From: Euprymna scolopes
Taxonomy: Eukaryota
Strand: one strand, 5' to 3'
DNA length: 64,000 bases
Assembly (NCBI GenBank): GCA_053919585.1
Contig: CM132790.1
Shown here in pieces: positions 13,127 through 27,755 of the stretch. The position numbers and the translations under genes are program-made. Positions within the stretch are counted from its first letter, which is position 1, and every line of letters starts with the position of its first letter. Under the pieces are notes generated by a model. That model saw only the letters and a program-made list of their open reading frames with translations, made no database searches and was not told the origin of the DNA.

Positions 13127-14850
13127 CAGTGTTGGTCATAAGTATCGCAACGGATAGTTACTTAATTATCTATGAAAATAATTAAAAATACGATTATCAT
13201 ACAAAAATTATAATAATGAAAGGGATAAATATCATGATTCCTGTTTTAGACACCACATTTATTTCTAAATATCTTAATATTTATTTATTTCTAGAAGTAT
13301 AAAACTTATTTACGAGCTAAATAAGTGAATATGCTTAGATCCATAAGTGCGTAGAAAGTTTTAGTTAGTTTCTGGCAAATAATTACGCATTAAACTGGAA
13401 ATTTGTATTTTACTAAAATTTAAAATAATTTTATCAATGAGAGTTTAATGAAATTTAAATTCATTTTCACTGATGTTTGGTTACCTAAAAATGACTTGTT
13501 AGGCAATTTCCATACTTTAATAGTACATATATAATTAGAATAAAATTGTAAGTAAGATTGTAAAATAGTGATAGCTTTTTTCATCGTTAAAAAATTGAAT
13601 GGGCGTTTAGAGTGCAAAGTAGTTAGTGCACTTGACCAGGCAAGATGCCAATGTCTTAGAAAAAAACACGCTCGATTCTAATTTCGTCACTGGATATCTA
13701 TTAGACAAAAATTGAGTAAATACCCTAAGTAACTTTCTTAGAATCATTATATGAACTATTATTGAGTGTCATATTTTGCAACATTCAATAGTAACTAACC
13801 GGAGATAACGAAACATTTTCTTCATCTGCTGTTCATTTCAACCTTCCGTTATATATTGCTGTAATAGAAAACAATAAATTCCAATTTATTAGAAAAACAG
13901 CAGATGCAAACTAGAAATGTGAAATTGTAGAAGTATAAAATACAATTTTAAAGATTATCTATGAAGAATCAGATATTTTAAACATTATTTGTCTATTTAT
14001 CTGCATCGACAACATTTGCCCATCAAAATTAACAATCACCAATTTCTCTTAGATTTTATCTGCTCATTAATCTAAGCGAACATTTCATGAGCTGATTTTT
14101 TGTCATAATAGCACTGAGTTACTTTCCAGTTGGCTATTACATGGTCGTTTTTAAGTTCAACAAGACTTGAAGAGCCGTCCTCTAAAATAAATTATCAAAT
14201 TTACTTTACAGTAACCATCCTTGAATGGCTTCCGATCCTTGATTAGCTATTGATTGACTATATGACTTTAAAAAGATATGGTTAAACACAGTGACCATTA
14301 CAATATAAGGAAAATACAGCTTATTTAACATGATAATCTGGGCGAATAAACTGATCCTACTTTAGAAAATCTTTTTACATGATCCTAACAGATGGAATTT
14401 AACATCAGAATAGACGAAATATTTTTCCCATTGAAAATTGGCCAATATACTTATGCAATACAATGACCACTTTTACTTTGTCAAATAAATGTGTGTTTAC
14501 TTGACTGAACACTATTCCAGCAAGAAATATCAAAGGATGTAACTTAGAAAACGATTAGAACATCTTTAACACAATATACTCTAGTTTGTACGTCGATTAC
14601 CTTCTTTTCTACGAAAAAACGAAATGAAAATGTTTTAAAAAGAAATTATCTGGATGCTTTCGTTTGCTAAAACTAATGTTCTTTTGTGTGGCTTGTTTAA
14701 ATGAATCGCAATCGAGAGATATTTTATTGGTAATACAAAAAACTTTCTAGGTTGATTACATTTTGGCATTGCGGAAATCCCCAGGGTGTGATCGGTATGA
14801 GTATATCTACTACGAAATCTTCATTTTACACATCGTATGCTACTTTTGTA
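13127..14850 (-). mobile_element. Highly decayed Tc1-like transposon
   Basis: TA-CAGTGTTGGTCATAAGTATCGCAAC at 13125 looks like a Tc1 end. The minus strand at about 14380-14435 reads QWEKYFVYSDVKFHLLGS (compare WxxVLFSDESKFNLFGS), and IVMV at about 14300 (compare VMVWG). Right boundary uncertain. Confidence 0.45.
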
Positions 14851-17369
14851 TTCATGCAAAATCAATCAATATTGTCGAAATCTCAAGGGGTAGCATAATG
14901 CTTAAACTTTTTTTTTAAATAAAATATTTCAGTTCAAGTGTAACTAGCACAGTTTATAATATAAGAAGGCAAACGGCCTTATGTGGAGTTATAACTATAA
15001 GATATTTAGTTACCATTTGTGTTTTTATAAAACTCCAGTTACTTCCGTATATTATAAGTGTCGAGATGGATTGAAGTAAACCCCAAATAATGTAAAAATG
15101 AGTTAAATAAATATACTAAAGAAAAGGTTTTGTTCAAATTCATATTGAACAAAATATAGTCGTCTCTTTGTGTGTCAAACCAATCTTCTACGTGTAATGC
15201 CAATGATTAACATCATTATAAAACGATACTAAACCCTATTTCCTGAGTTTCTTCCTATGGTTTTATTTCTATAATTTAAAAAGAAACACGATTAAACAAC
15301 AGAAGAGATAAGCATAAACGTAAGTCAATGAAATTCCACAATTCTAGCATAGTAGTTGTCGAATAACGGAAGAAAATTCAATGCAAATACGAAATATTTA
15401 AATTTTCTAATTGTGTTTTATGCAATTATGTGGATATTTTTTGAAACACTCTAACTAAACTAATGTTCGTAGAATATTTATCAAGTAAAATTGTAGAGGA
15501 ATTGTCAGCATTTTACAAAACCTATGAGATTTCATGAAGCGCTTCTACAAAATTTTACCCACTTTAATTGAAATTAAATATAAATAAACATAGCCGCCCT
15601 TCGGATCTCTTACACATAGTAACTGTTTAAAAACTAATGCATATTTAATTTATTAAATGGTTATCTCTTATATACAAATGCATAAAAATACACAGATAAC
15701 TTATATAACCATGTGAGCCAATCAACCAGACAATGAACCCTTCAATAATAAAAATAAAACTGGGTCAATTGCTCCTTCGTTAATTCAATATTTCAACTAA
15801 AGAAGCTAATGTCAATAAGCTAATGGGAAAATAAATCGAATTAGACAATACATCTACATACACAGTGGTTCAGAAACTGATAAACTTCCCATCGATTGCA
15901 GGTTCATTGGCACATTTATAATATAATATGGAAGTTCATTTCAAGGCCAAATATTCCGCTCAAGAAAGCGCCTTCATTCCGATTCAATCGACATCAGCCG
16001 TGAAACCATTTTTGCTATTGCTTGCCCATATATCTTTTCTGTAACAGGAGTTAATAAAGTCTTACGAAGATAATAATGCGCGTTACTTTAAGCCATAGAC
16101 ACTTGAAATTAAATAATGTTCAATAACAATGCATTTATTTCCATATGTTTAAATGTAATATATCCACTATTAAACTATACACAATACACCTTTATAATCA
16201 GTCAAGTCTCAAAGAAAAAAATATGACCTTCTTTTACAGAGAGTAGAAAATTAAGTTTGGTTTAACATCAGCAACCTCGTAAATCTCGCTTTCTTTATTT
16301 GATCCTTTAGTACTTACATTCCATAATTGATGGGGATAATTGCTATTTGTTTAATTACGCATCTAATATTTCAATGTTAGTTAATCTTTGACACTAAAGT
16401 TTATCTTCTTATAACAAACAGATTCATGCTTTGTTTGAAATTCATACCACAAAAAAATATGGCAGCGTACTATATAGAAATACATAAAATTAATGTAAGC
16501 CGCCCTCTGGCGTCACTTTGGACATAGTCGGAATATGTGATGTGTACTTTTTTATTCTTGTTATTAAATAATCGTAAGATCCAGACCAAAGCAACTATGA
16601 TGAAAAGCAGATATGTTTAAACCTGATAATCTACTTCGATAATTGGATTTTCTTTTATGGGTGAGAAAGACCGTTATTTTATTATGTTGTTTTATTACTA
16701 ACCAGTGCGAGGTCTATTGAAATATATAAAACTACATTTAGAAAGACATGTGTTCAAACACAATCAACTTATTCCGGATCTAAAGCGGACAAAGAGATAA
16801 GAATATGCGCGAAAATCTATTATGAAAATCTAGTCATCGTTTTGGTATTGCTCTTCAAAACACAAAAAAATACCCCATTGATAATATTCTTTTTCAATAG
16901 TCGTCTAGATATTTTATCTAAATTTTACATGTTAAAGTGACTTGCGATCTTTTTATTTTGTAGCTACGATAAATGTACGAACACGATAGCAGAGAACATT
17001 TATAGAATCAAGCAAAGCATCATCTATGATCGAGTTGAGCAGTCGCACCATATATTTCCATAACATTTCTCTACTATATCGCTGAGTAAAGCCATATATT
17101 TCCGTCATTTAAGAATAATCGAGTATTTATAAAAATTTGGAGATAAATGCACACTTTTTAATGTAAACTGCGCCTCTTTAATGTAAAAATATGCACACTT
17201 TTATACATTTTAGTGTGATATTTGAATGCCATTGTTTTAAGTTATTTTCGAATGTTTTCACTTTTATAATGTCACATTTGGATGTGATACTGTAAGCTCA
17301 ATAACATATATACCATGGATTATACTTTTGTTTACTGGTAATCCTTTTCATTTGATATTTTTAATAGGT

Positions 17370-17780
17370 CCCAATTTATCAACAAGGCTCTAAAACATGT
17401 CAGATCGCCAAAACGTTGCATCCCTGTGCCTGTTTAAATGTATTTAAATGAAATGTGCCCCGAGGACCTCATTACACTTGTGCTCGCGCCAGGTACATAT
17501 CTCCTACATACCCGCTTAGCAACATAATCAACCCCCTTCACTGTTGAGGTCCATCAATGCCGGAGAACGTTCTACTCTAATAGTTTATTCCCTCGAACTG
17601 CTGGACAATGGAATTCCCTTGCAGCCTCCCTGCGCCTTCAAATGCACTGATTAAAAAGTTTAAATATAACGTAAACAAATATCTTATTAAACTTTCTTAG
17701 AAATGGATGCCAATTAGCAGCGCCTTACGTCCACGGGGTTATATGCATTTTTGGAGGTTAAGATGAGTAAAAAAAGAAGA
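17370..17780 (+). mobile_element. LINE family A copy 2 (3' fragment)
   Basis: cgccaaaacgttgcatccctgtgcctgttt (R.NVASLCLF) and F.PRTA..WNSL motifs, homologous to 590-830 on the minus strand. A-rich tail at about 17769. Confidence 0.85.
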
Positions 17781-19242
17781 AAAACTGAAATAATATAATA
17801 ATTATTTGCCATTAACAATTTGAGCGATACCTGGGCAAATTAATCGCAATTCTATTCACTACAAAATGTACATTACTACCCAGACGAAGGGTTATTTAAG
17901 ATATGTGTGGCTCATAAACTGACAGGATCATGCTATGTTTATTGATGTTCTTCTTATACATGTGTGTATTTGTGAAGTCATGCAAATACAAATAAGGGAG
18001 GGAATTCCCAAAGCAAATATTCCAAAAAGAATGTATTAGAACAGTGAGCATTGTGATGTTTAGAAACATTTACAGTAAAGTGGTTGAAGATTACTGATCG
18101 TCTTGTAGGTTCATATTCATGAACTCCATATACAATTAGCTTAAGTAATTTTTTACTATATGCATGAACCCATCTAGTAAGATATGATATTGCTTGACTT
18201 GGTATTTTTATCATTATCCATAACCATATTGGTGTCTAACTGTTTACAGACTGCTTAATTTTATTCTTCTCATTGATATACTCCATTGGTTTACGATGAA
18301 TTAATGAAACTTTTGGTGATAACTCATATTTCTAACACGAGAAAATAAACCTATATCGATTAAAATTGTTTTCCAGACGTCCAAATACAAAGTTCTATGT
18401 ATTTGCACGTAGAAAAGAATATTCTGCATATAACATAATTACACAGGCATCTAATTCTCACAGATCTATTTCTTTTACATGAAGACACGTCCTCTAATGA
18501 TAGTGTTTTTAACTTAGACTAAACAATAACATAAATCTGTAAATTATTAAAAAATCCAGCCGAAGTTTTGATATTTTTAATGGAAACATACAAGTAAAAT
18601 ATTGCTGTTTAATTGAGTTATTTTGTGCAAATCTCTTCACCATTCTGGCGCCTGAATCTGTTCTAAAATTGTGTGTTTCTGTTTATAACTAAATACACAA
18701 GAATAAAGCATATTTCAATTTTGAGGTCGCATGTGTAATACGCATATATGTATTGCAGAGCTAAAGAACATTTAATGTAAAGTATGTAACCTAGTATGCA
18801 CATCCGTTGACAACGGTTTATCTATTATTTGCTAGAGACTTTTTGAACTGAACGATCTCTTCTTCGAGACAAAAATAAGTTTTTTTTTCATGATGGCTTT
18901 TATGTTCATTATTTTTTATAACACGAAATATTTACGTAAGTATACATTATTGTTCAATATATAATAATGAAAAAATTAATAACCCGTAGATTTGTTTATG
19001 TTTTCCTGATGCAATTTTTGTTTGAAATTCAAGAGGAGAAAATGCGTACACTTAAACATAATGTTGTTATTTGAATTACAATTGTATGCGAGAGTGCGTG
19101 GAAAGAAAATATGCTGCAGCAATAATACGATGCGCATCGTGGGATGGAGGTAATACGTGATTAAGGAGTTGAACAGCAAATAAACATGTAAAGGATATTG
19201 CAATTAGAATTACTGAAAGGAAAACATAACAATAAAATATGA

Positions 19243-21648
19243 GCATTTGCTGGATATTCCTTACTTATGTATAAAATTTGTTGGATATTCATCAATTATC
19301 TATTAATTTTGTTGGCTATTCATCAATTATCTATTAATTTTGTTGGCTATTCATTAATTATCTTTAATGTTGTTGGATATTCATCAATTATCTATTAATT
19401 TTGTTGGATATTCATCAATTATCTATTAATTTTGTTGGATATTCATCAATTATCTATTAATTTTGTTGGCTATTCATCAATTATCTATTAATTTTGTTGG
19501 CTATTCATTAATTATCTTTAATTTTGTTGGCTATTCATTAATTATCTATTAATTTTGTTGGATATTCATCAATTATCTATTAATTTTGTTGGCTATTCAT
19601 TAATTATCTTTAATGTTGTTGGATATTCATCAATTATCTATTAATTTTGTTGGATATTCATCAATTATCTATTAATTTTGTTGGATATTCATCAATTATC
19701 TATTAATTTTGTTGGCTATTCATCAATTATCTATTAATTTTGTTGGCTATTCATTAATTATCTTTATTTTGTTGGATATTCATCAATTATATATTAATTT
19801 TGTTGGATATTTATTAATTATCTATTAATTTTGTTGGATATTCATCAATTATCTATTAATTTTGTTGGCTATTCATCAATTATCTATTAATTTTGTTGGC
19901 TATTCATTAATTATCTTTAATTTTGTTGGATATTCATCAATTATCTATTAATTTTGTTGGATATTCATCAATTATCTATTAATTTTGTTGGCTATTCATT
20001 AATTATCTTTAATTTTGTTGGATATTCATCAATTATCTATTAATTTTGTTGGATATTCATCAATTATCTATTAATTTTGTTGGCTATTCATTAATTATCT
20101 TTAATTTTGTTGGATATTCATCAATTATCTATTAATTTTGTTGGATATTCATCAATTATCTATTAATTTTGTTGGCTATTCATTAATTATCTTTAATTTT
20201 GTTGGATATTCATCAATTATATATTAATTTTGTTGGATATTTATTAATTATCTATTAATTTTGTTGGATATTCATCAATTATCTATTAATTTTGTTGGCT
20301 ATTCATCAATTATCTATTAATTTTGTTGGCTATTCATTAATTATCTTTAATGTTGTTGGATATTCATCAATTATCTATTAATTTTGTTGGCTATTCATCA
20401 ATTATCTATTAATTTTGTTGGCTATTCATTAATTATCTTTAATTTTGTTGGATATTCATCAATTATCTATTAATTTTGTTGGATATTCATCAATTATCTA
20501 TTAATTTTGTTGGCTATTCATTAATTATCTTTAATTTTGTTGGATATTCATCAATTATATATTAATTTTGTTGGATATTTATTAATTATCTATTAATTTT
20601 GTTGGATATTCATCAATTATCTATTAATTTTGTTGGCTATTCATCAATTATCTATTAATTTTGTTGGCTATTCATTAATTATCTTTAATTTTGTTGGATA
20701 TTCATCAATTATCTATTAATTTTGTTGGATATTCATCAATTATCTATTAATTTTGTTGGCTATTCATTAATTATCTTTAATTTTGTTGGATATTCATAAA
20801 TTATATATTAATTTTGTTGGATATTTATTAATTCACTATTAATTTTGTTGGATATTCATCAATTATCTATTAATTTTGTTGGATATTCATCAATTATCTA
20901 TTAATTTTGTTGGCTATTCATTAATTATCTTTAATTTTGTTGGATATTCATCAATTATCTATTAATTTTGTTGGATATTCATCAATTATCTATTAATTTT
21001 GTTGGCTATTCATTAATTATCTTTAATTTTGTTGGATATTCATCAATTATATATTAATTTTGTTGGATATTTATTAATTATTTATTAATTTTGTTGGATA
21101 TTCATCAATTATCTATTAATTTTGTTGGCTATTCATCAATTATCTATTAATTTTGTTGGCTATTCATTAATTATCTTTAATTTTGTTGGATATTCATAAA
21201 TTATATATTAATTTTGTTGGATATTTATTAATTATCTATTAATTTTGTTGGATATTCATCAAGTATCTATTAATTTTGTTGGCTATTCATCAATTATCTA
21301 TTAATTTTATTGGCTATTCATCAATTATCTATTAATTTTGTTGGCTATTCATTAATTATCTTTAATTTTGTTGGATATTCATCAATTATATATTAATTTT
21401 GTTGGATATTTATTAATTATCTATTAATTTTGTTGGCTATTCATCAATTATCTATTAATTTTATTGGCTATTCATCAATTATCTATTAATTTTGTTGGCT
21501 ATTCATTAATTATCTTTAATTTTGTTTGATATTCATCAATTATATATTAATTTTGTTGGATATTTATTAATTATCTATTAATTTTGTTGGATATTCATCA
21601 ATTATCTATTAATTTTGTTGGCTATTCATCAATTATCTATTAATTTTG
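19243..21648. repeat. Satellite/minisatellite, about 77 units of 30-31 bp (consensus TTTTGTTGG[A/C]TATTCAT[C/T]AATTATCTATTAA)
   Basis: Head-to-tail tandem units parsed by eye, no spacers. One diverged unit at the left edge (about 19245-19275). Confidence 0.98.
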
Positions 21649-22881
21649 TAAATAAGGAACACAAAAATAATTCTAGTTGTTGTAACAAGCATATAAAATA
21701 ACTCCTTTTTTATATTACTTATAAAATTCCAATCGTAAAATAGCGCAGTAACGGAACTTATTTGCCTGCCATTCACGTTTGTATTAGTTTGACATTTGTG
21801 AGTTGACGCCATAATAATTAGAAACCATGTTTGTAGCAAGCAAATTCTCTACGGTCCCTCAAATAATAGCCTTGGTGTGTTCGTATATTCATTACTCAAA
21901 GAAGCATAAATCCTCCCTTTTATAGATTTTATAGTCGTCACACTATTGTATATATTCCTGTGCGTGTGTGTATATGTGCGTAACGAATCTATATTATTGA
22001 GCATGTACATTTTTATAGTGTGATGGATTGATTCGGAAAATTTTTTGTTGTGTAATCTCATGAAGATTTACACGTGACATTTTTGTGTATGAGAGCTTGG
22101 TTGTGGTGGATGTCTTTTTAGCATGCACAGGAACTCAATAACAACATCTAATAATAGATGATCTTATATTATATATCCATGTGTGTGGATGTATGAGGAT
22201 TTTTTACAGATGTAAACAATGTGGAAGAGAAAAATACACTCAATTCCAATTCTTTTGATAGAATGTTTGCTTGTTTGTAAAAAAACAAACTCCTCTCATC
22301 ATTGTATTAGATAGTGTTTCTGAGATTTTTAAGAGTCTCCAGGCGATTTATCATGAACATCTATTTAGGGAATTGAAAAGAAACGTTTAGATTTTCTGAT
22401 GGCACCAAGCAGATTAAACGCACATACCCAAAGACACAGACATGCACATACACGCATAGAGTAATACATATTTGCACACAAACATACACACAAGTTCATA
22501 TATCTATCTGTGTATGTCTCTCTCTACNNNNNNNNNNNNNNNNNNNNNNNNNNNNNNNNNNNNNNNNNNNNNNNNNNNNNNNNNNNNNNNNNNNNNNNNN
22601 NNNNNNNNNNNNNNNNNNNNNNNNNNNNNNNNNNNNNNNNNNNNNNNNNNNNNNNNNNNNNNNNNNNNNNNNNNNNNATAGACATTCAATGAAAATCCTG
22701 TGATTATAAAAACTTAGAGATGTACTATTATTTACTTTTTTATATCAATAAAATCATTAGCGAAATATATGCAATTCGTTTACAGCTGTGATTTCGTTCG
22801 AAATTCTGCGTTAACAGCCTACTAATTTTCACCAACGGATAAACTATACATATGTGTATGGGGGAGTATGTTTTTGTAGAC

Positions 22882-22973
22882 GAGACAAATAATTGGTACT
22901 GTCGGTTGCAAGCCCGAAAATAAGGACCGTTTAAGGTATCATTATCAAGCTCTCTTCAGCCAATATTCGTCTC
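22882..22973 (-). ncRNA. Type I hammerhead ribozyme motif (probably inactivated: GAAA changed to GCAA)
   Basis: 5'-GAGACGAATATTGG CTGAAGA GAGCTTG...CGGGCTT GCAA CCGACA GTA^CCAATTATTTGTCTC-3'. Helix I has 14 bp with one bulge, followed by the CUGANGA box, a long helix II and a GUA cleavage triplet at 22899-22897. Confidence 0.8.
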
Positions 22974-22975
22974 TT

Positions 22976-23053
22976 TTGAAGAGAGCTTTATAAGGATACC
23001 TTAAACAACCCTTATTATCGGGCTTGAAACCGACGGTACTAATGATTTGTCTC
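22976..23053 (+). ncRNA. 5'-truncated hammerhead copy (lacks C3 and the 5' strand of helix I; intact GAAA and helix III)
   Basis: tTGAAGA GAGCTT.ATAAGG...CCTTAT..CGGGCTT GAAA CCGACG GTA ctaatgatttgtctc. GAAA at 23026-23029 and GTA at 23036-23038. Confidence 0.7.
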
Positions 23054-23160
23054 ATCTAACAACTGTCTGTGCACAAAAATACGCTCTTACATTTCGGATT
23101 TTACTTTTAATTGACCACTCTGATGTACTTCTTTTTCCAAAAAAACTAATCATAATCATA

Positions 23161-23234
<74 letters not shown>

Positions 23235-24102
23235 ATATTAAATCATTGAAATAAATACTAGTGCATGGCTATTTATTAGAGGACAAGAATTTTTATCAAT
23301 CAAAAAGGATAATCGTCAGTCCTGGCTAAGACACATATCGGTTAACAGTTTCAATTATATTTTTGCCATGTTTATTATATAGATACCTATTTATTTTTAT
23401 CAGGTCACCATATATTATATTAATACATTATCGTTGTTTTCTGCAACATCTATACACCGTAAATATTTGAGCGCGCGCCTTACTTATCTCAATGAGTCAC
23501 CATTATAAGTTTGCCTTTTGCTCCTTTTCCCGATATTTTTTTTTTACATAATCCCGTTATAACGGTGTCAGCTTGTACGTTTTCTTTGTTTCTGTGTTTG
23601 TGCTTCTATGTATTTTGTTCAATGTTTGCATTTTGGTGTAAAGATCGTGCTATTTTTTCCAGCGGAGCTTATTCAGCTGAAACCTTGCCGTGACAGCTTC
23701 ACAGATGTGAAAAAGTGGAAAATCAGGTTGTTGAGAAGCAGCCATGCTAATCCAGCTTTATTGTTTGAAAGTTTTTTTCTCTCGTCCAGTAAAAAGGAAA
23801 GAGTTGCTTCAAAGGAAACGATTTCATTTTTTTCCATTTACGAAGGGAAGTGTTATAAATATATCTCAATAAAAAATAGGAGAAAAATTATTTGGCAAAA
23901 GGAATAATGCAATAAAAGAATAAGAATCTAAAAAGAGTGGAAAAAAGACCAAATGAATAACAGTAAAATGTGCCCATTCAACCAGTACTTTTAGCAGTGT
24001 TTGTTCTACTTGAAGCTTACACGTGACAGACCCTTGCGCCAATAAAACATTTTTGAACTTTCAACTCGACAGATCGAATGACGACCAAATTTACGGTAAC
24101 TG

Positions 24103-24144
<42 letters not shown>

Positions 24145-24868
24145 TTAATTGATTCATACGAAAGCAGATATGAATATGTATAAATGTATGTAAAAGTCCA
24201 CTTCAGCTTGGATTGCCTTCTTTTTTTTTAAAATGGTTTGTACTATAAATTGAAACTAATTAATAATGGGAAATATTCGTATTAATGTATTTACCTTCCC
24301 AAGGGATAAAAATAAGGAATAGGATTGGTTTTAATTTGAGGAAACCAAGCCTCACCCAAGAATACAACATAAACAAAAATTACCCTAGTTTAGAGTGGAG
24401 TCTGCTTTACTGACAAGAGATAGAACCCAGGAAGTGTAATGAAAAACATAAACACTGATCATAATCAAAGTGTAGTATATGTTCCATTCAAGTAGTTCCA
24501 TTCCAGTAGTTTTAAATTGTGGGCACAGATTTCAGAAATATTACCTCTAATTTAGAGCAAAGTTCAGTATATTTTATTTCACTACACGTCAAAATTTATT
24601 TTCCTATATATAAAAAAACATGCTTTCTCAACATTTAAACCGATTGTCTAGATTTGGCCTGGATTATTTCACCATATTATAAAAAGGGTATCATGTATCA
24701 TGCACTCGTCTTGAACTGGTTGGAATTCAAGTAAATAACGATATAATCCATAGCATTTTCTAGAGATACAGTAACGAGCTTATTGCAATACAACTTCATG
24801 ATATGTTCCTCTGTAGTGAATAAACGCATTATTCTGCCTATACGATGCTTTTTAAAACTTTAACAAAG

Positions 24869-25067
24869 GATGGACGGAGATGTTTAAAGGGATGCTCGGT
24901 CGCACTTCACAATGCGGACACCACAAAAGACCACATCAAACCAAACATGTAACGCCAGGAAGAATCAAAGACATAAAAGACTTAATTTCCAACGTGTCCA
25001 TTACGGCAAGATTTGCAGTCAGTTTACTTACTTCACCGTTCTCAAAACACGCGGAGGCCATTGCATG
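24869..25067 (+). CDS. Candidate internal exon, unknown product
   Basis: 199-nt open frame (xWTEMFKGMLGRT...SPFSKHAEAIAW) ending at a consensus donor TG|GTAAGT. Acceptor (aacaaag) is weak and there is no recognisable domain. Confidence 0.25.
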
Positions 25068-25194
25068 GTAAGTGTATAGGTTGAGATTTGATTTATGCAA
25101 CACTGTTTTTCTTGGCCAGCATTCAAAATAATGTACTTCATAGGTGTCCATAGTAAATAATGTATACGAAAAACACACTCATACACACACCGTT

Positions 25195-25263
<69 letters not shown>

Positions 25264-27755
25264 TCTGTGTGTATTTGTGGTTGTGTCTGTGTTTCAATCG
25301 TATAATTAGGATGAGAATCATAATTAAAGTAAACTAAACAATAACATCAATTTCAATAGCCATGCACTACTTCGACTAACTGACCATAGATACAACGAAA
25401 GACCCCGGCTACAAATCGCATGAGGTTCAAACGCTTACGATTTTTATACAACGAACCATTCTAAACTATTTTTTCATACATGCCACTTCTAAATGAGGCA
25501 TTATTTTAGTAAAACTAAGAATTATATCCACTTGAGATTTAGATTAAAATGAATGCTAGGATTTGTTCAAATATCGCAAATGAAACACATGGCACAGACA
25601 CACACAACCATACATAGTAACACACACATATACACACATATATAATATTTAATATGATTTTTTTCGTTGACACACGTTTGATTAAAAAAAAATGCTCTTC
25701 ATATTTGTTTTTATTTTTTCACCAGTTTTTGCATTTGCAGACTAGACATTCAATGTGGAATATGATTATTAAGCTATACTTCTCTTCATATTACCAAGTA
25801 GTTCCTTAATTTAAACTTACGTTATCTCGCAAATAACTGATCAGTGAATACGTTATTCTTATGAAAACAGCTGTATCATATAATGTCACGAATATACTAG
25901 TACGACAAAGGCATATGCATGATGGTATTAGAGAACTGTCTAGAATATGAGTTCGAATATTTAATGTAGTTGCAAAACTATCTCTATCAGTACAGCAGAA
26001 TCCATAAACAGCACCGCTAGCAAATATAATTGTACAGTTTGTTTTCTAAATATGATGAATTGAAAATCTTACAAACATACTTATTAAAACTAATGACTTG
26101 TGTGACATCAATAAGAAACGTAATCAAAAGGTATTTTCTTGATTTATATTATTGTAAAAATAGTATTTGTTGTGTGTTTTCTTTATTTTCACCTCGGTTC
26201 GGTTCGACTTAGATGTTATTTCAAAATCACCGCTCTGAACAAATCACATTTGTCACAACATAAATGCTACTAATCTCTGGTAAGACATAATACCAATCCA
26301 ATCTGTGCTTAATACAAATTGCTTTCTTGTACAATCACGTAAATATCAAGAAAAATTGTGATAGAAAAAATAGGTGGTGCTTAAAGAAATTTCGTTTATT
26401 ATTATATATGCTTTTTGTGGCACTTGAGCATGTGGGAGAACTTAAATAATATAAAGTATGCTCCTATTCAATTAATCTATAGGGGATTAAAGTTATTTTT
26501 TCTAAACGATGAAAAAATAGACTTTTGTTTAATATATTTTACAACATCTAACTTTCAGCTATGTGTATTTAGTTCTAAAGCTATCGAGCATTAGTTTAAG
26601 TAACGAGTCTGGCTTCAATTTATAGGAAAATCACAGATGCATACTAACATATTTTCTATTTACTTAGATATGAGTGATCGTATATTCCTTAATTATGTAT
26701 GGCGAAGCCAACTTTTTAATTTTAAATGTATTTAAAAGGAAATATATTTTTGGGGATCAGGTGTTTCAGTAATTTTCCTATTTCTCGTTAAAGATGTGAA
26801 CGAATTGTTTCAATTTCGTAGCGTTCGAAACGAGTTTTCATCGCACCTGAGTCATTTGAAAAAATGAATATGCCAATTACTCTTAACTCAAATGGCGAAT
26901 ATTAATAGAATCAAATTTGTAAAAAAGGTAAACTAATATGCGCTTATGTCCATGCTTGTTTAAAAATCTTATAGACACACAGATACATATCATATGGATA
27001 TATATGTACGCACATATACACACAATGCATACATACATATGTAGATGCAAGTTAAAAAAAAACATTTTGTTGCAAGGCCGGAAAATGGTTAAACAAAACG
27101 TTTTTATAAATTGTAAAGAAGTATGTTACGAAACTTAATTAGAATCGATATTGGAAGTGATGTCTTAAGTATTAAAAAGCAAACAAAACGAATCCAAAAT
27201 AACATTGACTTTATATTTGTATTTGATTGTGTTGCACTTATAAAAACTTAATTCATTTATTATTTAGTTTCGATTCTAGTTGAAAGTGCTCAAGTCATAT
27301 TTTTTTTACTTTGGAAATCCTACTACATGAGTGTGTGCCTGTGGAGTATGTGTGCAAGAATTACTAGAGAATTGAGAGTATACTGATCATGAATCCGAAA
27401 TCTGCATGAATGAAAATCATATTTAAGCGTATCTTACTATCTGCCAGTATCTATCTAAATGTGACGTTGCCAGCTTATTTGTGTGCGGATAAATCTCGCT
27501 CAAAATACTGTGTCAATTTTTGGTTTACAGACTTAAACCGGATATATATCAGATGTGAACATGGAAGATAAATTATTATATTTGTTTTTACAGTTTAAGT
27601 AGGTATTATTCTGTATAGGCACTGTATTTTTAGTAATGTTTTGTCTCGACACTTGTTTATAATGAATACCCCAACTTAAAACGCAAAACTGTGCCATTTA
27701 AGTAGAAAAATAACATTCGTACTTTTGGGGTGTGCTTAGTTTATAATGTTCATAC

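Larger units (their letters stand above)
22878..23057. repeat. About 80-bp-arm imperfect fold-back palindrome made of two head-to-head hammerhead copies
   Basis: 22878-22958 versus the reverse complement of 22977-23057, about 10 mismatches, 18-nt spacer. Confidence 0.95.

Noticed and set aside
19243-21648. 30-31-bp repeats of CRISPR-like length
   Set aside because: Units are contiguous with no unique spacers, there are no cas genes, and the context is eukaryotic.
23608-23907. FFLSSSKKERVASKETIS resembles a DIRS tyrosine recombinase segment
   Set aside because: No HSxR motif, catalytic Tyr or RT neighbours.
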